A DNA stretch of 64,000 bases from positions 1 to 64,000 of the forward strand of contig RDEW01000004.1 of assembly GCA_011109175.1 (NCBI GenBank), read 5' to 3'. This document shows positions 58,983 through 64,000 of this stretch, piece after piece. The number at the start of each line of letters is the position of its first letter. The stretch's first letter is position 1. The stretch is from Dicyema japonicum (lineage: Eukaryota > Animalia > Dicyemida). Under the pieces are notes generated by a model. The model did not search any database. It was not told the origin of the DNA and saw only the letters and a program-made list of their open reading frames with translations. The position numbers and the translations under genes were made by a program.

Positions 58983-59284
58983 ATGCCTCAAAAGCCAATC
59001 AAGAAACTTGATGCATATATGAAGAAACTGATTAACAAAAAAGAAAAGAAAGCTCCCAACCAAAATAAACAAAGAGGTCGTATATTTCTAATAATCTTTC
59101 AGGCAAAGGAAAACAGAGTGGGAGATTTGTACACACTCAAAAGATAAAGGTTATCAAGAAGGTTTTATTTCATTTTATGTCCTTTTAGAAGCATGAAGCT
59201 AATATGAGGAAGACTGTGGAAAACGAGTTAAGGGCAACAGTTAACAAGCACGATTCTCGTTCATTCCTTACAAAAAATAATTAA
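58983..59284 (+). CDS. Small basic protein, C19orf53/UPF0390 (DUF2462)-like, 3 exons
   Basis: MPQKPIKK..QRGRKGKQSGRF..IKK|KHEANMRKTVENEL resembles the RGPRKGG and KKNLE.GIRKKIEH pattern as I recall it; introns 59080-59102 (23 nt; alternative 26 nt) and 59162-59188 (27 nt). Confidence 0.6.
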
Positions 59285-60389
59285 ATGTATTTTAAATTAT
59301 TGTTATTTTTAAAAATACTGAGTTAAGCTTACGAATTTTGTATTAAAATCATTGAGTCTATATAGGAATCCCCATATTGAAGTAACAGTAGGGAAGTTCG
59401 AATGGTTCTTTTCTGTGTATAATCGACGGGACAACAGGTGAAGCAAACTAAATTCACAGCAGGTTAATTTTTCGGAGAGGCAATTTCATGGAGTAGTGAG
59501 ATGGATCATGTGATAAGTTCGGAAATCATTAGAAGCTGGAACCACCTTGCATTGTGAACTAATCCTTCAAGTATTCTCAGTCTGCACAGCAATGGAAACA
59601 CAGTCAACACACTAGTCAGCAGTCAAATTACTTTTTAATATCGTAGCTCGTAGTAAGCCTTTGATTTCCTGAGTTATTCTAACGCAATTCCGAACACTCT
59701 CCGTTTTAAAACTACCTCTGCTTGCATTGATATGCCAAAACTGCTGATACATCCAATGATATGTGCACCTTTGGACCCTGTGGCTATGACACTACACCTT
59801 GTTCCGACGAGATCTCCCATCTGATCGAGTAGTATGGATATTGAGATTGCTTTCATCCACTAACAGAATAGGTGTATTGCTTGACTGCCAAAAGAGTAGA
59901 TGCTGTGTAAGTTCTTATATTTCTCCTTATTATCTGGACAATTGACCTTTTCAGATTCATGTCTTCTATTTTAGGGTATGCATTCGAGGATGGCTAGCCA
60001 CTGATGATTTACATCAGTATATCAAATTTTTCTTTTAGCAGCTTTAACATTTGCTTCAAGTTACGAAAGGATTCAGCTCAATTTGTTAAATCATAAAATC
60101 CACGTGTTTTCTAATTAACTTATGCGCTTTCCTATCGTCCTTATTTCCTTGTGAAACCCAAAGCTTGATATTTCAATTCAACTGCAAGATCCCTCTAATC
60201 TCTACGGGCTTCATATACAGCCAGGAGCTTTATTTTTAGCATTATTGCTCAACGTGAGTATAAATTAGTGCTACCGTAAACACGTGGAAATACGCAACTT
60301 GCAGGACAGTACAGGACAGTCTGGGAACGTTCGTATGTAAGGGCGAGCGTAAAGTTTAAGTTTATGGACGTTTTATGACCACGTAGAAA

Positions 60390-61760
60390 TCTTTTCCAAA
60401 ATATTCGCAAAATCCTGTTTCTATGAACATATCGAAAATTCTGTAATTGGGTTCACCAACTCTGGTTTGTCATGTTTTAATATCAGGTCCTGCGAATCTT
60501 CCTTATTAAAGTTTGTGATTGCTTTCTTAGTTTCTTCAACAGTGATTGGCCTTTCTAGTGCAAAGTTGGTATTTCTTTTAGTTCTCCAAAGGTCAGACCA
60601 TTTTTATTGAATTGATTGTAGAAATGTCCGGATGTCAGTTCAATTTTTCTGTTCGGGACTGTTTTGCCATCGTTGTCATGATGTCATTTCGTATTTTTCC
60701 GTAGATTGTATTGAACATTTTAGTACCATTTTTTAATATTTTTCGACTTCTTCGAAGACTTTGACTTTCCTCTCAATCGTTGTGGCTTTTTAGCATCTTT
60801 ATTTTTTAAATAAGGTTTCTTTCCGTTTTCAGTGCTCTTACCTTGTCCAAAGTTTTAGAGTTCCCAATCATTCAGCGTAGATTTTTTTAGAGGATAGTTG
60901 CTGGTTCGGCATCTTTTATTTTTTGCAGGCTCTTAGCACTCCGTTTGCGGTCATTTTTGTTGCTTTGAATGTTTCGTCATAAAAGCTTCTAGCTCCTTTG
61001 ACACGGTCAATAGGCTTAAACTAATGGAAGTACTTTTCCATGAGTCAATCCTGATAATGATCAGATATACTCTCCACTATGGAGCTCTTTGTGAGATTCG
61101 GAAAGACTTACTCAAGAAAATTTAACACAAAGGCGGGGATTCCTAAAGGAAACTCTTTTTTCCCTCAACTGATCACGATATATTTGGAAGCATCTATGAG
61201 GGAATTCGGATCGTTATATCAAGAGTAAATATTGAAGTGATTTATGCAGATGATGTCGACCTAATTTCCGAAGACAGGGCGCTCTTGGAACATTATTAGA
61301 GATTGGGAAATGTTTTCTTGCGGTAAACAGACAAAACAGAATTCACGAAAGTTAAAAAGAATAGTGAGCGCACTCTCGAAGAGTAGTGGCGATATGCAAA
61401 AAACTCAGTTCCCTTCTATTCAAAAACCTCTAATTTCAGAATGTGGCTAAACAAACTTAATCTCCAAATTAAGAAATTAGAGATTGTTCCAAGGGATTCT
61501 CCGAGGCCCACTCCTAAAATACAGAGTAAATATGTGAAAATACAGAGATATCTTGACTGGATTAGTTGCTGCAATTTGTACGAAAACGAAGTCCCCGCAA
61601 GATATCAATGAGATAACCGATATTATTTATGCAGCATTTATGGCTTTAACTGCGAAGGTTAAGACGCAGGGTACGTGATTGGAGAACGTTGAGAAGAAAA
61701 TCTCAAAGCTGTCGGCAGAACCAGATCAATTGTTTTTTTCAGACAAACTCTCCCTATTTT
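60390..61760. mobile_element. RTE fragments (-, 60390-60720; +, 61010-61440) and an R4-like N-terminal fragment (+, 61500-61760)
   Basis: GIPKGNS, IYADDVDL; DIIYAAF..ENVEKKISKL. Confidence 0.5.
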
Positions 61761-61829
61761 GTAAAAAGGTTATTTAGATGTCCCTTGGTTATGGATATAA
61801 AAAGGGGGAGCTTGCGAGGATTGAGGCAT

Positions 61830-64000
61830 ATTAGTTAGTTAAGAGCTCTTTCGCGTGGCCCTAAAAGGGGTTCGCTTGAGCCATGTTTTGCAGCCATCCT
61901 CCTCGCCATCCTCGCCCACGCCATCTTGTTCCTGGCCCTCATTCGAACATCATCCAGATCGTCCGCTGTCACCAATTTACGACTATTTTTTGTTCGTAGT
62001 CATCTTTTAAGCAGGTTGGAAGTGTGTTTCTTGGTCTGCCTCGAAATCCGCGACTTCCGGCGTAGTAGAAATATTCTTCCATTATTCTGTTACATGGCGT
62101 AGTCGGGTCCAGTCTGAGGATATGTCCAAATAGTCGCCATCTCGATAAAATAACATCGGTGCTGAGTGGTCTGGATTTACATCGTGAATATAGATTTTCA
62201 TTTGAGATTTTTCTCGGCCAAAAAATTCCAATCAACATGCGGAGTTGGTTCCTGTGAAAAGTATCTAGCTTCTCTAAATCAATTTTAGAACATGCCCATG
62301 TTCCGGAATTGTATAGCAAAATTGGTTTAACAAACGTGTCGTATAGTCTGACACGAAGTTTCAGTGATACATGTTTTTTCCTTATCCAAATTTGGTACAT
62401 TTTTTTGAAGTATATGGTAGCCAGCATTTTCCTTCGACAAATATCCTCAGCATCACCTAGCAGTGAGCCGAGTTTTTTGGTATGTCTCCAGCACTCATCG
62501 TTCCTTGATTCTGCTCGTTCGACTCGTGTATAATCAGTTTTTTTAATGTTTATGCGTAAATCCCAATTCTTAAAAATACGTTCGGCTTGAAGTAAAATTT
62601 GGTCAAGTATTTCTTGGTCGGTAGACACAAAGTCTACATCATCCGCATAAATTAACTCTGTTATGTCCCGGTATTTAGGACCCATGACATTTCTCAATTC
62701 CTTGAGCGCAGCTTCGAGGTAAACAATAAATATAATTGGGGACAAGGAATCTCCTTGTGGAGTGCCCATGTTGGTACTGAAACTCTTCGAATGCTTTGTT
62801 CCTATTCTCACGGATAGGTCAGTTTCGGAAAGTAATAAACTTATTAGTCTCAGGCAGTCCTCGTCAAGCAGTTCCTTTAGAACAATCATGAGTTTTTCTC
62901 TATTGATGCTGTCAAAAGCCTTCGTTAGATCAATTCCTAGGATGTAGATTACTTTCGTGTATTTTTGACATATTGATGTGAGCCATCGATGACTCCACAC
63001 AATATCTGAGGTTGATCTTCCACTTCTAAACCCACTTTGACTTAGGGAAAGGTATTTTTCCACTGGCTCTCGTATACGGTTAAGCACTATGATCGATAAG
63101 GTTTTCCTGATAACTGACAATAGAATAATAGGTCTTAGTCCGTCCAACGACCCTTCTTTTTTCCCAGGTTTATGTATTGGAATTAAGACTCCATGTCCCA
63201 AAGGAAGTGGACAGTGAAGTTCCATCGACTCATTTAAGATATTCGTGATTATATTCCCAACAGTAACCGGGGCATGTTTTAGTAACTCACCCGGAATGCC
63301 ATCATAACCAGCCGACCGATTTCCCTTTAGATGCATAAATGCATCGGTTACTTCCTTTATTGTAATTTTGTTTGTAAGGGGTCTCGGATATCCAATAAAT
63401 TTAGGTACATTCATCCCTTCAGATTTAAACAACGACTCGAAGTGTCTAGCAATATAATTTGCTTTATCCTCAGGGTTTTGAAGATATTGACCTTCGTCGT
63501 CACAGACTTTCAGTGGTTTCTTTGCAGTTCCTCGTGTAAGTAGTCTAACAGCAGAGAACATTCGTCTTCCATACTGACAGTTTTCGATTTCAGTTGCTTT
63601 ATCGTCCAAATATTTGTGCCAAAGGATATTTGATCGTCTTCTTATCAGATGCGATATTTGATTGCGTTTTCTCCTTAATGCACATTTATTCGAATTTGAA
63701 CTTCCCAGTTTCGAACGTATTTCTTTCTGCTGCTCAGACAATTCTCGAATTAAGGGGTCATGAATCATTCGTCTATTTTGGTCTTTTTCCTGGTATCCAA
63801 CAGTCTCTATCGCCGACAGTTTTAGAATATCCAAGATCTTCCCGAGGTCAGTCGAGGGGGTGCCACTGGGTTCAACTCCACGTAAACGTTTAGAGACATT
63901 TTGTTGGTATCTCTTTTGCCAAGTGTCAAAAGTCAACATTTCCACAGCCAAACGTCTATTTAGAGGTGTGCTTTTCCTCTTGACTGCCTCAATTCCGTAG
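61830..64000 (-). mobile_element. RTE-clade LINE with a long intact RT ORF (61969-63951), continuing beyond the window
   Basis: SAGYDGIPGELLK, RPIILL, QSGFRSGRST, DLTKAFDSI, GTPQGDSLSP, YADDVDF, RWRLFGHILR, RGRPR; the true C-terminus (DDLDDVRMRARNKMAW) lies in a shifted frame after an A6 run; (AACT)n tail. Confidence 0.92.

Noticed and set aside
59880-60120. Possible small exons around a canonical 22-nt GT-AG segment at 60017-60038
   Set aside because: I could not build a start-to-stop model or recognise a motif

Overview
AT-rich eukaryotic (metazoan) scaffold with two large N gaps (1494-2365, 6015-6912), dominated by decayed transposons. These are Ingi/Vingi-like APE-RT LINEs and their short derivatives, CRE-like and R4-like restriction-endonuclease LINEs, RTE LINEs, and hAT-like, pogo/Tigger, Tc1 and Ginger/KRBA2-like DNA transposons. 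About eight compact host gene models sit between them: AGPAT3/4-like, RPL22, myosin regulatory light chain, an atypical DIRAS/RASD-like GTPase, a C19orf53/UPF0390-like gene, an orphan coiled-coil gene and two adjacent membrane-protein models. All 21 introns I could place by hand are 20-29 nt, mostly 22-24 nt. That points to a parasite genome with very short introns (dicyemid- or myxozoan-like; inference). The most notable system is the Vingi-like LINE family, which has three parts: a covarying 5' nested double pseudoknot with HDV-ribozyme topology, a 2A StopGo peptide (GDIELNPGP) ahead of the endonuclease, and a covarying 3' stem-loop overlapping the stop codon. Short non-autonomous copies of about 230-370 bp keep mainly the 5' and 3' RNA modules. 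All homology calls come from manual motif recognition, not database searches, and element boundaries are approximate.
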